Positions 11,751 to 25,954 of a stretch of DNA of 64,000 nucleotides are shown one piece after another. The position numbers and the translations under genes were made by a program. Source of the DNA: Malacoraja senta (lineage: Eukaryota); the NCBI GenBank assembly GCA_038087875.1, contig CM075996.1, forward strand, positions 9,488,001 through 9,552,000, in the 5' to 3' direction. Under the pieces are notes generated by a model, which had not been told where the DNA came from, did no database searches, and saw only the letters and a list, made by a program, of their open reading frames with translations. The first letter of the stretch is position 1, and every line of letters begins with the position of its first letter.

Positions 11751-14745
11751 TAAACACGACACAGGGAGCAGGCAGAAGCAGCATCAAGCAGTGAGAGACA
11801 ATTAACCAGCAATTAGCCAGCTGGACAATCTCTTCCTGCCTCAGGGCCAACAAGTACAAATGACCCAGTGATAAATGTATTGGTGGTCTGTTATCTGTCC
11901 ACTTGAAGCAAGCGTGTAACTGTGTTTTTGTGCATAAAAGCTACAACTATTTGCAACGGTGCAAAACACTGCAACCTTTTGCCCCTGTGCAATGTGAATC
12001 AACCACTTGCATTTGGAGATTGGGCCGCTAAGTGTTATTTAACATCTGATCGATTTTTAAACAGGATATATAGAAAAGGAGTGGAGATATTTTTGGAATT
12101 CCCTTAGAGAGGGAGCGCTTTATCGCCTGGACTGCAGAATTCAAGACGGCAATTCTCCGCCACCTTTGATTCAATTCGATGATTCAATGATACTTTGTTG
12201 TCACGTGTACCTAGGGGCAGTGAAATGCTTAGGGTTGCGTACATCCCCAATTAGTGATACAGCAGACCTCACCTGGGCAATACACAACATCGCCACGTGT
12301 CTGCCGCCCACAAAGTTCACCGAACACTCCCATCTTCTGCCTGTAGCCGCACATGGCAGCAGCCCCCTCCCTATCGGGCCACCCTCCCTTCTCAGCAGCC
12401 CCCCAGCAGGTAGCTCCCCAACACCCCTCCTCGCTCTCTGACGGCCCTCCCCACCCTCCCAATGCCCATAAGGGATGTTCTACAGATGCTACCTTATTAA
12501 CATAAATTTCCCAAGCCACCTTCTTGACTAGGCCGTGATACTGGCTCTGTCTGTTTCACAGACAGTACAGCCATCTCTGCTCACTTTCCCAGATTGCCCT
12601 CTGTTTTGTTTAGTTTAGTTTAGAAATACAGCGAGGAAACAGGCCCTTCGGCCCACCGAGTCCGCACTGACCGGAAATCCCGCACACTAATACTATCTAC
12701 ACACACTAGGGCCAATTTACATTTATACCAAGGCTATTAATCTACCAACCAGTACGTCTTTGGAGTGTAGGAGGAAACCGAAGATCTGGGAGAAAACGCA
12801 CGGGTCGCAGGGAGAAGGTACAAACTCCATACAGACAGCACCTATAGTCAGGATTGTACCCGGGTCTGTGGTGCTGTAAGGCAGTAGCGCTACCGCTGCG
12901 CCACCCTAGTTGCCATTACCTGTCAACCTTTCGCATGTGTGCACCCATTAAAATCAACACTCTCACAACCTGATCCTTCACACTTCTGCTTCTTTGTCCA
13001 AGGGTCACAGACTTAAATGTTCATGGATGACGATCAATTTAAATTGCAAATCCATGGGAAAACGTCAACCGTGCAGAGACAAGAAACCGCAGATGCTGGT
13101 TTACAAAATAAGGCACAAAGTGCTGGAGTAACTCAGCGGGTCAGACGGCCTCTGAGTTACTCCAGCACTTTTTCTCTTTTTTAACATAAACCGTGTCCAT
13201 TGCCTGATCACTTCAGCGGAAGCTGCACATTATTCCAAGACGACACACCTTTGGCACTTCCATTGCAACTCCCAAATCCTAGGGATCTCAACCAAACAGA
13301 AATCCGACTGGATAGATCGCATACATCGCAAAGGACATTCCTTTAGGAAGGAGATGAGGAGGAATTTCTTTAGAGGGCTAGTCAATCTGTGGAATTCATT
13401 GGCACAGGAGGCTGTGGAAACCGTCAATGGATATCTTTAAGGCAGAGATAGATAGATTATTGGTGGCGGAGTAGACTTAATGGGACAAATGGCCTAATTC
13501 TGCTCCTATCACTTATGAACATGCAAAGTGCACAAGTCCTGATTAGAGATTTGGGACACAACAATGAATGATTCATCTCCTGACACCCAAAAGCCACATT
13601 GCATCGACGAGTACAGCCTTGGGCCCACCTTGCCCATGCTAGCCATCATGTTCCATGAATTCCAATTTATTCTGCCCATATCCTGAAAAGAAAAAAAAAA
13701 GAAAAAAAAAACACACACACACACAGTCAGAATAGAACACGGTCCCATGGAGCTGCGAGGCAAGGACTCTAATCAACCGCACCACTGCAGACAGACACAA
13801 GGTGCTGGAGCAACTCAGCAGGACATGCATCATCTCTGGAGACGTTTCAGTTCAAACCCTTCTTCAGACTGAAAGTGGGAGTGGGGGTGGGGGTGGGGGT
13901 GGCCTTTTCCTAACTGCAGGTAGGAAAAGGCCAGAACCGTTTTTCACCTCCAGGTTCCTCCACCCCCTTCTACTTTCAGTCTGAAGAAGGCTTCTGACCC
14001 GATACATCATCTGTTCCTTTTCTCCAGTGATGCCTGAAGAAGGGTCTTCACCTGAAACGTCACCCATTCCTTCTCTCCAGAGAAGCAGCCTGTCCCGCTG
14101 AGTTACTCCAGCTTTTTGTGTCTATCTTCAGAGATGCAGCCTGACCTACTGATTTGCTCCAGCATTTTGTGTCAATCTTCAGTATAAACCAGCATCTGCA
14201 GTTCTTTCCTGCACCACTGTGCCCTCTAACATTTCACCTGCACCACTGTGCCCTCTAACAAGACCGATGAACCTCAGTACAAGAACCTCAAGACAAAGCA
14301 CCCACTGAATTAGCACCCTATCTGCCACCGGGAATGTTCTTTACCTCCACCACCGACAGTGACTGGACCATCCATAAAATACACAGGCTTCCACCCTAGG
14401 CTTTTCCGACATAACATCCTTCTGCCTTCTCCCCATAATCCCTGGCACCCGTGCTAATCAAGAATCTATCTATCTCAGCTTTAAAAATATCCACTGACGG
14501 CCTCCACAGCCTTCTGTGGCAATGAATTCCACAGATTCACCACCCTCCAACTAAAGAAATGTCTCCTCATCTCCTTTCTATTCTGAGGCTATGTCCTCTG
14601 ATCGTAGACACTTCCTTAATGGAAACATTCTCTCTATATCCACTCTATCCAGGCCTTTCACTATTTGGTAAGTTCCATGCAAGATATATAACTGCAAGCT
14701 ACCCATCATTAGGAGCGAGTGGTGTGTGTAAAGTTACCCTCTTAC

Positions 14746-14831
14746 CTGGGAGACCTTGGTCACTATGTCCTGCGGCCACATGCTAGGAGTCAATGCTGTG
14801 AAGGCGCCACTGCCAGGAGGGACAGCACTGC
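14746..14831 (-). CDS. SGSM3: SGSM3-like coding exon (G)SAVPPGSGAFTALTPSMWPQDIVTKVSQ
   Basis: ctctttaacag|GC...CAG|gtaag, 86 bp, phase 1 to 0. Resembles SGSM3 GPFSALTPSIWPQEILAKYTQ. Confidence 0.92.
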
Positions 14832-15886
14832 CTGTTAAAGAGATGAGATATCAGCATCAGCACCAGGTGAGCGTCAGTGGGAAGGGAAGCGCATTAGCAC
14901 GCAGGCTCACAATCCCTGTGTGTTCTTGGATCACTACAATATAAAGTCAGAGAAACACACAGCGAAGGAGGCGAGTATTCTGCCCATAGTATCCATGCCA
15001 GACATACATGGGCTTCAACATAACCCCACACCCCAGCTCTTGTTCACAGTCCTGCAGGTCAACTCTGGTGCTAGGGCAGCATGGTGGCGCAGTGGTAGAG
15101 TCGCCGCCTTACAGTGCCAGAGACCCGGACTACGGGTGCTGCCTGCACAGAGTTTGTACGTTCCCCAAGTCACCACGTGGGCTTTCCCCAGGTGCTCTGG
15201 TTTCCTCCCATATTCCAAGGACATACAGGTTTGTCGGTTAATTGGCTTCAGTAACATTGTAAACTGTCTCTAGAGTGTGGGATAGTGTACGGCGTTGTAG
15301 ATTGATTGATCTCTGTAAATTTTGTAGGGAGTGGAAGAGAAAGTGGGAAAACATAGAACTGGTGTGAGCAGGTGATCGATGGTCGACAGTAGGCCAAAGG
15401 ACCTGTTTCCATGCTGTATCTCGAAACGCAAATGTTATTGCCCAGCATTGTTATTGCATAGCATTGTTATTGCCCAGGTCTCCTTTAGTTTAGTTTAGTT
15501 TAGTTTATTTTAGTTTTGTTTAGAGACACAGCACGGAAACAGGCCCTTCAGCCCACCGTTTCCGTAACGACCAATGATCCCCGCACATTAACGGTATCCT
15601 ACACACACTAGGGACAATTTTACACATATACCAAGCCAATTAACCTACATGCCGGTACGCCTGTTGGAGGAAACCGAAGATCTCGGAGAAAACCCACACA
15701 GGTCACGGTGAGAACATACAAACTCCGTACTGACAGCACCCGTAGTCGGGATCGAACCCGGGTTTCCAGCGCTGCAAGGCGGCAACTCTACCGCTACGCC
15801 ACCGTGCCACCCTGGGCCCTTTTGGCCCAGAATCACCTGTTTTAATACTCCTCGGGCTGGAATCTCACATTGATCCTTTCTGATAA

Positions 15887-16185
15887 AGGGTCTGTCCCAC
15901 TGTATGAGGTAATTCAAGACCGAGTTTCCCCTGATTCGAACTCGGAGATTTACGGTAATAGCCGCTCGTGGAGTACTCGGGGCTCTCGTGGACATTTTTC
16001 AACATGTTGAAAAAACTTCACGAGCTTACCGCCTTTCCCGAGTACCTGCCGTTAGCGTTACGAGCCACTAAGAGACGTCCCGAGCTCCGACGTACCCGCT
16101 ACATACATTCTACGTACTTACGAGTTTGATTTTTTTTAAAACTCGGGAGAGCTCTTGGGTAAACTCGTATAGTGGGACAGGCCCT
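15887..16185. mobile_element. PIF/Harbinger-type MITE
   Basis: TAA TSD; same family as 53559-53891 in the opposite orientation. Confidence 0.87.
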
Positions 16186-17335
16186 TAAACAACATACAAA
16201 TCTGCCGCCTGCATCTTAATTCATCCCAAGTACAATTCAATTCTCACCCAGTGCTTCCTGGTGCTTGCCATGACTTTACAATTCCCAGTTCCATACTGAA
16301 ATGTCTCCATGGTCTAACTATAATCACCTCAACTTTATAATTTTCCAAGATCAGTAGTGTTATTAATCCCAGATTACATCATTGACGCTTGTAATTTTAG
16401 CTGCCTGGACCTTCAGCTCTGGGATGTTTTCCCTCATTAATCCTGCCTCCGTACCTTGCCTTTTGCACCTTTTACAAAGCTTCTCCTGATTTCTTGCTTT
16501 ATGTTTGTGTGTGATATTCTGCTTACAGATCAGCTCTGTGAAATGCCCTGGGGTAAACTCTGACCTTATAAATGCAACGTATTGTTGTTGAAATAAATAC
16601 AAATCAAAACATTGCGCAGATGTTGAAAATCTGAAATAAAATTAGAAAATTATTGTAACATTCAGGTCTGAAACTTTCATTGTTCATAAGTTCAGGTGAT
16701 AGGAGCAATTAGGCCATTCGGCCCATCAAGTCTACTCCACCATTCAATCATGGCTGATCTATCTTACCCTCTTAACCCCATTCTCCTGCCTTCTCCCCAT
16801 AACCCCCCTTACACCCATACTAATCAAGAATCTATTTATCTCGGCCTTTGGAATATTCATTGACGGGCTCCACAGCCTTCTGTGACAATGAGTTCCACAG
16901 ATTCACCACCCTCTGACTAATGAAATTCCTCCTCATCTCCTTCCTAAAGGAACGCCCTTTAATTCCGAGGCTATGACCTCAGGTCCTAGAATCTCCCACT
17001 AGTGGAAACATCCTCTCCACGTGCACTCTATCCAAGCCCTTTTCCACCGGCGCTACCTGACCTGTTGAGTATTTCCTGCATTTTGTTATTGTTGTTGATG
17101 AAACAAAATTCAATTGAATTGAAAGGTCTTTGGAACAACTCAGGGGAATTCTAACTTCCTGATACAATCAGTGGGGTGGAGTGTTATTGTGGCAAGCTCT
17201 GTTAAAGTGGCTTAATATTTACATAGTGGTTCTACGAGCAGTTGCGAAAGATAGTGATATGCCAACATGAATTTTAATATCTAAACACCATTTAGTTTTA
17301 AGTTTTAGTTTCAGAGATACCAAATGGGAACAGGC

Positions 17336-17803
17336 TTGCAAGCATATTGGATACCACACATCTTGAGGAAATGCGATTCCTCCTAATAGATAAATCAGAC
17401 CAATTCATAACGAGTTGGTCTCCATTTGTTGTCTTTTTGGAATCATATGGTGCAACACAATTGTAAAAGCTAATTGTCTCGGGACTGGGCGAGGGATGGT
17501 CAGGAGTATAAATAATGATCTCCTTACTTCTTTTTTTATTTTTTTTATTTTTTACTCTCTTTTCCCCATTTTCTTTTCTTTAACTTTCTTCTTTCATTCT
17601 TTTTTCTTCTTCTTCACACACTATATATCTCACGATTTTCTATACATTATCTAATTTCTTTTTCTTATTCTTCTTTATTATAATAAAAAAGTAATAAGTT
17701 GTACATAAAATGTATTATGAAAATATATATTAGGCACTTTGGTGCCATACGATTGTACTTACTTCTAATAAAATAAAAATATTAAAAAAAATAAAAATAA
17801 AAT
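17336..17803 (+). mobile_element. L1-like LINE 3' end with A-rich tail, inserted in a SINE
   Basis: 14-bp TSD aaatgggaacaggc at 17322-17335 and 17804-17817; ORF2 C-terminus-like HLEEMRF...WSPF; poly-A-like tail. Confidence 0.75.
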
Positions 17804-19232
17804 AAATGGGAACAGGCCTACCGAGTCCACGCCAACCACTGATCACCCATTCACACTAGGTCTATGCTATCTCCCTTTCTCATTCACTCCTGACACATTA
17901 GGCCAATTAACATACAACCCCGCACGTCTTTTGGAGGTAACCAGTGCACCCGGAGGAAACCCACGCGATCACAGGGAGAACGTGCAAACTCCACACTCAC
18001 AGTACCCAAGGTCAGGATCGAATCGAGATCCCTGGCGCTGTGAGGCAGCGGCTCTACCAGCTGTGCCACTGTAATGCCCTGAACAGCACCACAAAATTCT
18101 GAGGAGTGGAGAGCGAGAAAGTGTAGCCCATACCACAGAAATCCAAAACCAGAGGGCATAGGTTCAATGTGAAGGGAAAGAGGGTTTAGAGAACAAGTTT
18201 TTAAAAAGTGAGGATTTTATTTTTCACCGAGAAGGTGTTTTCAATCTGGAGTGCACTGCCTGAGGTGGTAGAGGCAGGGGATCTCACATGGTGAGCCCAG
18301 GGGTCTTTATGTATGTTACGTGACTACGCATTTTCATGCAATTTGGAGGTACCTATAGTTGCTACATATAGTTCAGAAACAAGGGTGGAAGGTGAAGAAG
18401 GTGAGGTCCCGCAAACCATCAAAGCAAAACGTCAACCCAAACCCATTCAGAAACAGACAAGGAAATCATTCCCCTAATACACCAATGGAGAGATTATGAT
18501 TTTTGATTATGATATTTATCTGTGTGTATTGTGGTTACAGGCCAGTTAAACTGCTGAAGTATGAATGTCATTGTTTTGTTGTCGGTACATGTGACATTTA
18601 AACACTCTTGTTCAGCAGTAGATGCACCAAGGGAAGCCCTGGATTCACATGCTGGGTGGCCAACACTTGGATCGGGAGCAGGTATGAGCTTTAGAAACAA
18701 GGAACTGCATATGCCGGTTCGCACAAACGGGCATAAACTACTGGAGTAACACGGCGGGTCAGGCAACATCTCTGGAGAACATGGATGGGTGGTCTGCAGG
18801 GATGCTACTTCACCGATGAGTTACTCCAGCAGTTTGTGTCTTTAGACATTAGAGATACAGCACGGAAATAGGTCCTTCTAGTAATGGCTGATCGTCCCCA
18901 ATCAATAACCCGTGCCTGCCTTCTCCCCATATCCCTTGATTCTACTAGCCCCTGGAGCTCTATCTAACTCTCTCTTAAACCCATCCAGTGACTTGGCCTC
19001 CACTGCCCTCTGTGGCAGGGAATTCCACAAATTCACAACTCTCTGGGTGAAAACGTTTTTTCTCACCTCAGTCTTAAATGACCTCCACTTTATTCTAAGA
19101 CTGTGGCCCCTGGTTCTGGACCATTCGGTCCAAAGAGATGCACTACCTCAGTCTGTAATACATGACGCTCATCAAGCACGTACGCTTTCTAAACTATCTT
19201 CCTTTCCACAGATGTAGTTATTTAGTCCGTAC

Positions 19233-19242
19233 CTGAAGTCAT
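19233..19242 (-). CDS. SGSM3: SGSM3-like, start-codon exon (coding ATG ACT TCA G; whole exon about 19314-19233)
   Basis: Minus strand reads tttcatag|tgcatt...ccaaaATGACTTCAG|gtacgg. The phase-1 donor joins the next exon in frame and mirrors the short MSG start of mammalian SGSM3. Confidence 0.7.
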
Positions 19243-22200
19243 TTTGGCAACTGCAGGATTGTTCCCAGTTTAGAAGTCCCTGGTGTGAAGTCCTTAACTC
19301 AGCTGTTCAATGCACTATGAAACGAGAAAATCTGATCAGTGCTCGGTGGAACATGGTGACTAATGCACAGCCAATAAGTTTACACTAAAGCATCCTTTGT
19401 ATAACAAACTGCCAGTTTCAGTACACTGCGAATAAGTCCCAGACCAGCACAAAGTGCAATACGCACCAATCTACATGTAAAATTAAACTTAGCATGTCAG
19501 AGAATGTGGCAACAGAATAGAGTTTACTATACCTGAAAGAATGGATGACAGACCATGGGCTGTTGCTGGGGTTATTCTTGTAGATCACCATCACACAACT
19601 AGAGTCTGGAGTTAAATAAAGGCAGTTATGCAGGCGTGCAGGGAAAATGGCTAAATTGAACTGAAAAATTAGTTTAAAAATGTCTGATTCAAAGCGGCAG
19701 ATGTTTACAGAAAGATTTCATAATACTCAATAAAGATATACAATGTAAATCAGAAAATAAAGCAGTAGAGAATAATGAAGGAGAATCCAAGGATCGGACA
19801 GACTTTCACAATGAGCAAAGGACAGATAAAGAGGGAGTGGAGAGAACACAACAGTAAATGAACCAAAGGTAGACAAAAATGCTGGAGAAACTCAGCAGGT
19901 GAGGAGGCATCTATGGAGCGAAGGAAATAAGCAACGTTTTGGGTTGAAACCCTTCTTCAGACCCGTAACGTTGCCTATTTCCTTCGCTCCATAGATGCTG
20001 CCTCACCCGCTGAGTTTCTCCAGCATTTTTGTCTACCTTTGATTTTCCAGCATCTGCAGTTCCTTCTTAAACAGTAAATGAACCAAGGAATGTGAATACA
20101 GGTTGTAAGTAGTTCCACACGTCTTCTTAAAGCAAAAGGGCAAAAAAATGAGGCACATGAGAAAATGGGAGAGATGTTTAGGGGGGCACAGTGGCGCAAG
20201 GGTAGCACAGCGGTAGAGTTGCTGCCTTACAGCACCAGAGACCCGGGTTCCATCCCTACAACTGGAACTGACTTTGTGGAGAATGGCCCACCAAGTCCGC
20301 ACCAGCCAGCGATCCCCCTACGCAAGCACAATCATACACACCACGGACAATTTACTATTTTTACTGAAGCCAATTAACCCACAAACCTGAATGTCTTTGG
20401 TGGGACAATCCACGCGGAAATGGGGAGAACGTACATACTCCGTACAGACACCACCTGTAGTCAGGTTCGAACCCGGGTCTCTGGCACTGTCAAGCAGCAA
20501 CTTTACTGCTGTCCAAATGGCATTTGGCGTGGATCTAAGGGTGCAAGGAGAGCACTGTCTTGAGAAACGCTGCACAGTGTGAACCTACCTCTGATCCTGG
20601 GTGGATCCTCCCCACGTGAGTTGGAGTCACAGACATTTGCTGTGGAAAGAGACGTTGACATGAAAAGGAGTCGGCAACGGGTATGTTGCCGGACCTGTTT
20701 CCAGTACTTTGATTTCACTTTAGACTTCCAGTAACTGAATGGTTTAATTTTCACTTTTTGCGTAGGTGCCTGGGGATAGACGTGTGAGGGAGAGGTGGTC
20801 TGGCGAGGGAGAGGGACACACAGAGTATAGCATCCGAACCAGGAGAGGGACAAGGGTCAGTGTGTTGAGAATAGGGGACTGACAGGGATCAGCGTGTTGA
20901 GACTCGGGGAGGGCCAGGGATGCATTGTCTGGGCAAGAGCAGGAATGGGCAGCAGTTTTTGGGCAAGGGAGATACAATAGTTAAAAAGAGTCAGACCTTT
21001 GATCCAGCTCCACCTTTTATCGATTATTGTTAATCTTCTACCTTGCTGACCCAGATTCCAGCCGGACCTCCAGTGTTATCTGTCTGCTGCTTGCATGCTC
21101 TCCCCAAGACTGCACATCGGGCGGCACAGTGGCTCAGCTGGTGGAGCTGCTGCCTCGCAGAGCCAAAGACTTGGATTCGCCCCTGAACTCGGGTGCTGTC
21201 GGTGTGGAGTTCTCCAAGACCACGTGGGTTTCCTCCCACATCCTAAAGTAGAGGTTAGTTGGCCTCTGTGCATTGCCCCTAGTCTGTAGGGAGTGGATGA
21301 GAAAGTGGGATAACATAGAACTAGTGTGAAGGGGTAATTGATGCCTGGCGTGGGCTCAGTGGGCCCAGGAGGACTGGACATTTTGGTGCCTTTCCCTCGC
21401 AGTGGAGAGTGTCGACTCTGCTGTGGGGGATGTTCGTGTTGAGTCTCTGATAGTGCGTCGTGTCTTTTTTATTCTACCTTTTTATTTTTTATTTGTGTGG
21501 ATAATTCTCTGTAAAGCACTTTGGTTTCAGTGATCTGATTGAAAAGCGCTATATAAATAAACTTACTTTACTTTACTTCCTTGTTGCATCTTTCAGTCAA
21601 GCAACTCGTGGTAATTGGCCTCTATAAATTTACCCTGGCATGTGTGGCAGGGGAATTAGGGAGGAATTATTCAGCATGAGAGACTAGGTTACAGGGAAAA
21701 CAAGTGGTGGAACAGAATGGGACTCGTATACATTCCATATGCAAAATGGCTCCTATGTTAAATGAATATAAATAACTCAATATTTCTACACCATCCCTCA
21801 TTCCATCCTGCAGAGTCTCGATATCCTTTAACGAGATTGTTCTACATGGATAGACACAAAATGCTGGAGTAACTCAACGGGACAGGCAGCATCTCTGGAG
21901 AGAAGGAATGGGTGACGTTTCGAGTCTGAAGAATTTCAGGCGGAAGTGTCTCGACCCGAAACGTCACCCATTCCTTCTCTCCAGAGATGCTGACTGTCCC
22001 GCTGAGTTACTCCAGCATTTTGGTGTCCATCTTCGATTTAAACCAGCATCTGCAGTTCCTTCCTACACATTTTGTTCTACATGGACATCGCTTTCAGAAA
22101 ATGCATAGAGACTGTTCTCTTTGTGAGTTATTCATTAACTCTTCCGTCCCCTCCAACCACTCCCCTTCTGACAGCAGGTTCCCCAGAAACAGCAGGAGAA

Positions 22201-22973
22201 GCAGCACCCACCTCTCCCCTCCCTGCCATCCTGGGACCCAAACAGCTTGTCAAGTGAATTCAACTGCATTTCTTCCAATCTAATCTACAGTCTTCCATGC
22301 TCCCCTCCTCATCAGAGAACCCAAAGGCGTGACACAATGGCGCAGCTAGTAGAGCTGCTGCCTCACAGCGCCAGAGATCCAGGTTCAATCCTGACCTTTG
22401 CAGTCCCACTGTGACTGCATGGGTTTTCTCCGGGTGCTCTGGTTTCCTCCCACATCCCAATGACATGCGGTTAGTGGCCCATCCATGGCACGTAGGGAGT
22501 GGATGAGCAAGTGGGATACCATAGAACTAGTGTGAACTAGTGTGATCAGGGAACATGGTGGGTTGAAGGGCCAGACTCTGTGAGTCCATATCTCAAAACT
22601 AATTTAAATTAGACTGTGCGACTGCTTTACAGAGAACCAAGGCTCAATTTCCAAGGGTGACCCTCAGTGTCCTGTCGCCTGCCATTTTAATTCTCCAGAC
22701 CACTGCACCCACTCAGGCTTTCTTTGGACAAAGCTCACTGCAAGCTTGGGGAACTGCACCTCATCTTCCATCCACGCGCACTGCACTCCCTGGCATTCAA
22801 TACTGAATTCAGCACCTCCATCATCCATTAATTGACAGCACAAAATCATTCTGGATGAAGGGTGATTGATTTCAAAATCATTCTAGATCAAAAGCTGGAG
22901 TAACTCAGCAGGACAGGCAGCATCTCTGGAGAGAAAGAATGGGTGACGTTTTGGGTAGAGACCCTTTTTCAAT

Positions 22974-23001
22974 CTGAAGAAGGGTCTCGACCCGAAACGT
23001 C
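22974..23001 (+). ncRNA. Minimal hammerhead ribozyme core in a Penelope terminal repeat
   Basis: CTGAAGA-A-GGGTC-TC-GACCC-GAAAC-GTC: CUGANGA box, helix II, GAAA box, palindromic ACGT helix III and GUC triplet. Helix I pairing is weak. Confidence 0.55.
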
Positions 23002-23825
23002 GTCTATTACATTCCTCTTCAGAGATGCTGTCTGTCCCGCTGACTTACTCCAGCTTTTGTGTCCATCTTCAGTGCTAACCAGCATCTGCAGTTCCTTCCT
23101 ACACTAGATGAGGGGTGTTTGACCCAAACCGTTGACTGTGTGTTCCCTCCACAGATGCTGCCTGGCCTGCTGCGTTCCTCCAGCTGCCCTTTTCTGTGAC
23201 AGACTCAAGCACCTGCAGCCTGTTATCCCACACAGTGACATTGCATCACCTGGACAATGTGGGCCTCCACCCTGACACTCCTCGTTCACTCTGTCCCACC
23301 CCTTAATTACAACATAATACGTTTGTTTTCTCACTTTTCAAGTTCAGAGGAGAAGTCATCAAGTTGAAACATTAAGTGCTGTTTCTCTCTCCACTGATGC
23401 TGCTGGCCTGTCTTTGTCGCTTTTCAAAGTGCATTCCATTCCATCCTTGTTTTAGAGATACAGCGCAGAAACAGGCCCTTCAGTCCATCGAGTCCCAGCC
23501 GACCTGCAATTCCTGTGCAGAATCACTATCCTACACGCCAGGGACAATTTGACGATTATTACCGAATCCAATTAACCAACACACCTTTGGAGTCTTTGGG
23601 AAGTGGGAGGAAACCAGAGTACCCGAAGAATACTCACGCTGTTACAGAGAGAATGTATAAACGCTACACAGGATCAAACCCGGGTCTCTGGTGCTGCAAG
23701 GCAGCAACTCTACTGCTGCACAACCATGCTGCCCTAATCCTCTGCTTGAAAGATTTTTCCTCAGACCGCTAAAACCCTCCTACTCCTCACTGTACACCTA
23801 TGACCTCTGGTTGTATACATTGCTA

Positions 23826-24375
23826 ATAGACAATAGACAATAGGTGCAGGAGTAGGCCATTCAGCCCTTCGGGCCAGCACCGCCATTCAATGTGATCATG
23901 GCTGATCATCCACAATCAGTACCCCGTTCCAGCCTTCTCCCCATATCCCTTGACTGCCTTTAAGAGCTCTAGAGCTCTATCTTGAAAGCATCCAGAGAAT
24001 TGGCCTCCACTGCATTCTGAGGCAGAGAATTCCACAGATTCACAACTCTCTGGGTGAAAAAGTTTTTCCTCATCTCCGTTCTAAATGGCCTATCCCTTAT
24101 TCTTAAACTGTGGCCCCTAGTTCTGGACTCCCCCAACATCGGGAACATGTTTCCTGCCTCTAGGCGTGTCCAATCCCTTAATAATCTTATATGTTTCAAT
24201 AAGATGCCCTCTCATCCTTTAAATTCCAGTGTATACGTCCAATCACTCAATTCTTTCAACATATGACAGTCCAGCCACCTCGTGAACCTACGCTGCACTC
24301 CCTCAATAGCAAGAATGTCCTTCCTCAAATTTGGAGACCAAAACTGCACACAATACTCCAGGTGTGGTCTCACCC
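23826..24375 (-). mobile_element. CR1/HER1 3' fragment
   Basis: ORF 23969-24199; caataga tail. Confidence 0.85.
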
Positions 24376-25409
24376 AGGGTTAAGTTTCTGACTAGCCACT
24401 CTGTCTCTGCCCCTTAAGGTTTGTACATCTCTGTCAGGCCCTCAGCCACCTCTGCTCCAAGGAAAACAAACACAGCCAGTCCGCCCTCCTTTTACTGAAA
24501 CCCCGCATCCCAGTCAACCTCGAGGTAAATCTCCTCTGCAGTCTCTCCAATACATTCATGTTAGGAACATGTTTGAACATCTTCTAACCAAAATGTTATG
24601 TTGTAATGTGACCTCTATGTTCTTTATTCTATGCCTCAACTAATGATGGCCAGCATCCCATATACCTTCTGCACTCCTTATCTACCCGTATCACCACCTT
24701 TAAGACTTGTACATCAAGTCCTGCAGTTCCTCTATATTTCTTCAGGCCCTAACGTTCATGGCATGTGTCTTACCCTTACCAGACCTCCCAAAATGCCACA
24801 TCTCATGTTTATCAGGATTATATGCCCTCTATCATTGCTCTGCCCAATTTACCAAATGATCAATATCCTTCTGTAACGCAAGACTATCCCTTCACTACAC
24901 CACCAATAATTGTGTCAACTGCATCTTAATAATCACCCCTCCTGTATTCAAATCCAAATCATTAATGTACATGACAGGCTCCAAGGGTCCCAGCATCATT
25001 CCTTGTAGTGCTGTCTATACGGAGTTTGCATGTTCTCCCGGTGACCGCGTGGGTTCGCTCTGAGTGCTCTGGTTTAACTCCCACACTCCAAAGAAATGCT
25101 GGTTTGTAGGTTAATTGGCCTCTGTAAATTGTCCTTAATGTGTAGGGTTGAACTAGTGTACGGTGATCGTTGGTCAGCATGGACTCGAGAGGGCTGAAGG
25201 GCCTGTTTCCATGCTGTATCTCTAAACTAGTACAGCCCTGGCCACAGACTTCTAATTAGAATAGCAACACCCTACCACCACTCTCAGTCTCTTATTAACA
25301 AGTACATTTTGGATCTAATTTTACAAACTGCGTTGAACGTTTTGGACCAGTTTTCAATTTGGAACCTTGTCGACGGTCTCACTGAAATCGAAGGTAACTG
25401 AAGTCTAAG

Positions 25410-25835
25410 GACATATGATGAAAGAATGGATCGACTGGGCTTATAGAAATTCCTGGAATTTAAAAGGATGAGAGGGAATCTTATAGAAAAATAAAATTAT
25501 TAAGGGATTGGACAGGCTAGATGCAGGAAAAATGTTCCCGATGTTGGGGAAGTCCAGAACCAGGGGGTCACAGTTTAAGAATAAGGGGTTGGCCATTTAG
25601 GACTGAGATGAGGAAAAACCTTTCACCAAGAGAGTTGTGAATCTGTGGAATTCTCTGCCACAGAAGGCAATGGAGGCCAATTCACTGGATGTACTCAAGA
25701 GAGAGTTGCATGTGGATCTTAGGGCTAACGGAATCAAGGGATGTGGGGAGAAAGTAGGAACGGGGTACTGATTCTGGATGATCAGCCATGATCATATTGA
25801 ATGGCGGTGCTGGCTCGAAGGGCCGAATGGCCACC
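25410..25835 (+). mobile_element. CR1/HER1 3' fragment
   Basis: Same 3' ORF2/UTR sequence as the other copies. Confidence 0.8.
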
Positions 25836-25954
25836 TCTGCAGTTTTTTCATTGGATCTCAGTACGTATGACTATTATAAACCAAAAACAATACAGGGGTC
25901 GCGGGTAGACACAAAATGCTGGAGTAACTCAACTCAGCGGGTGAGGCAGCAGAG

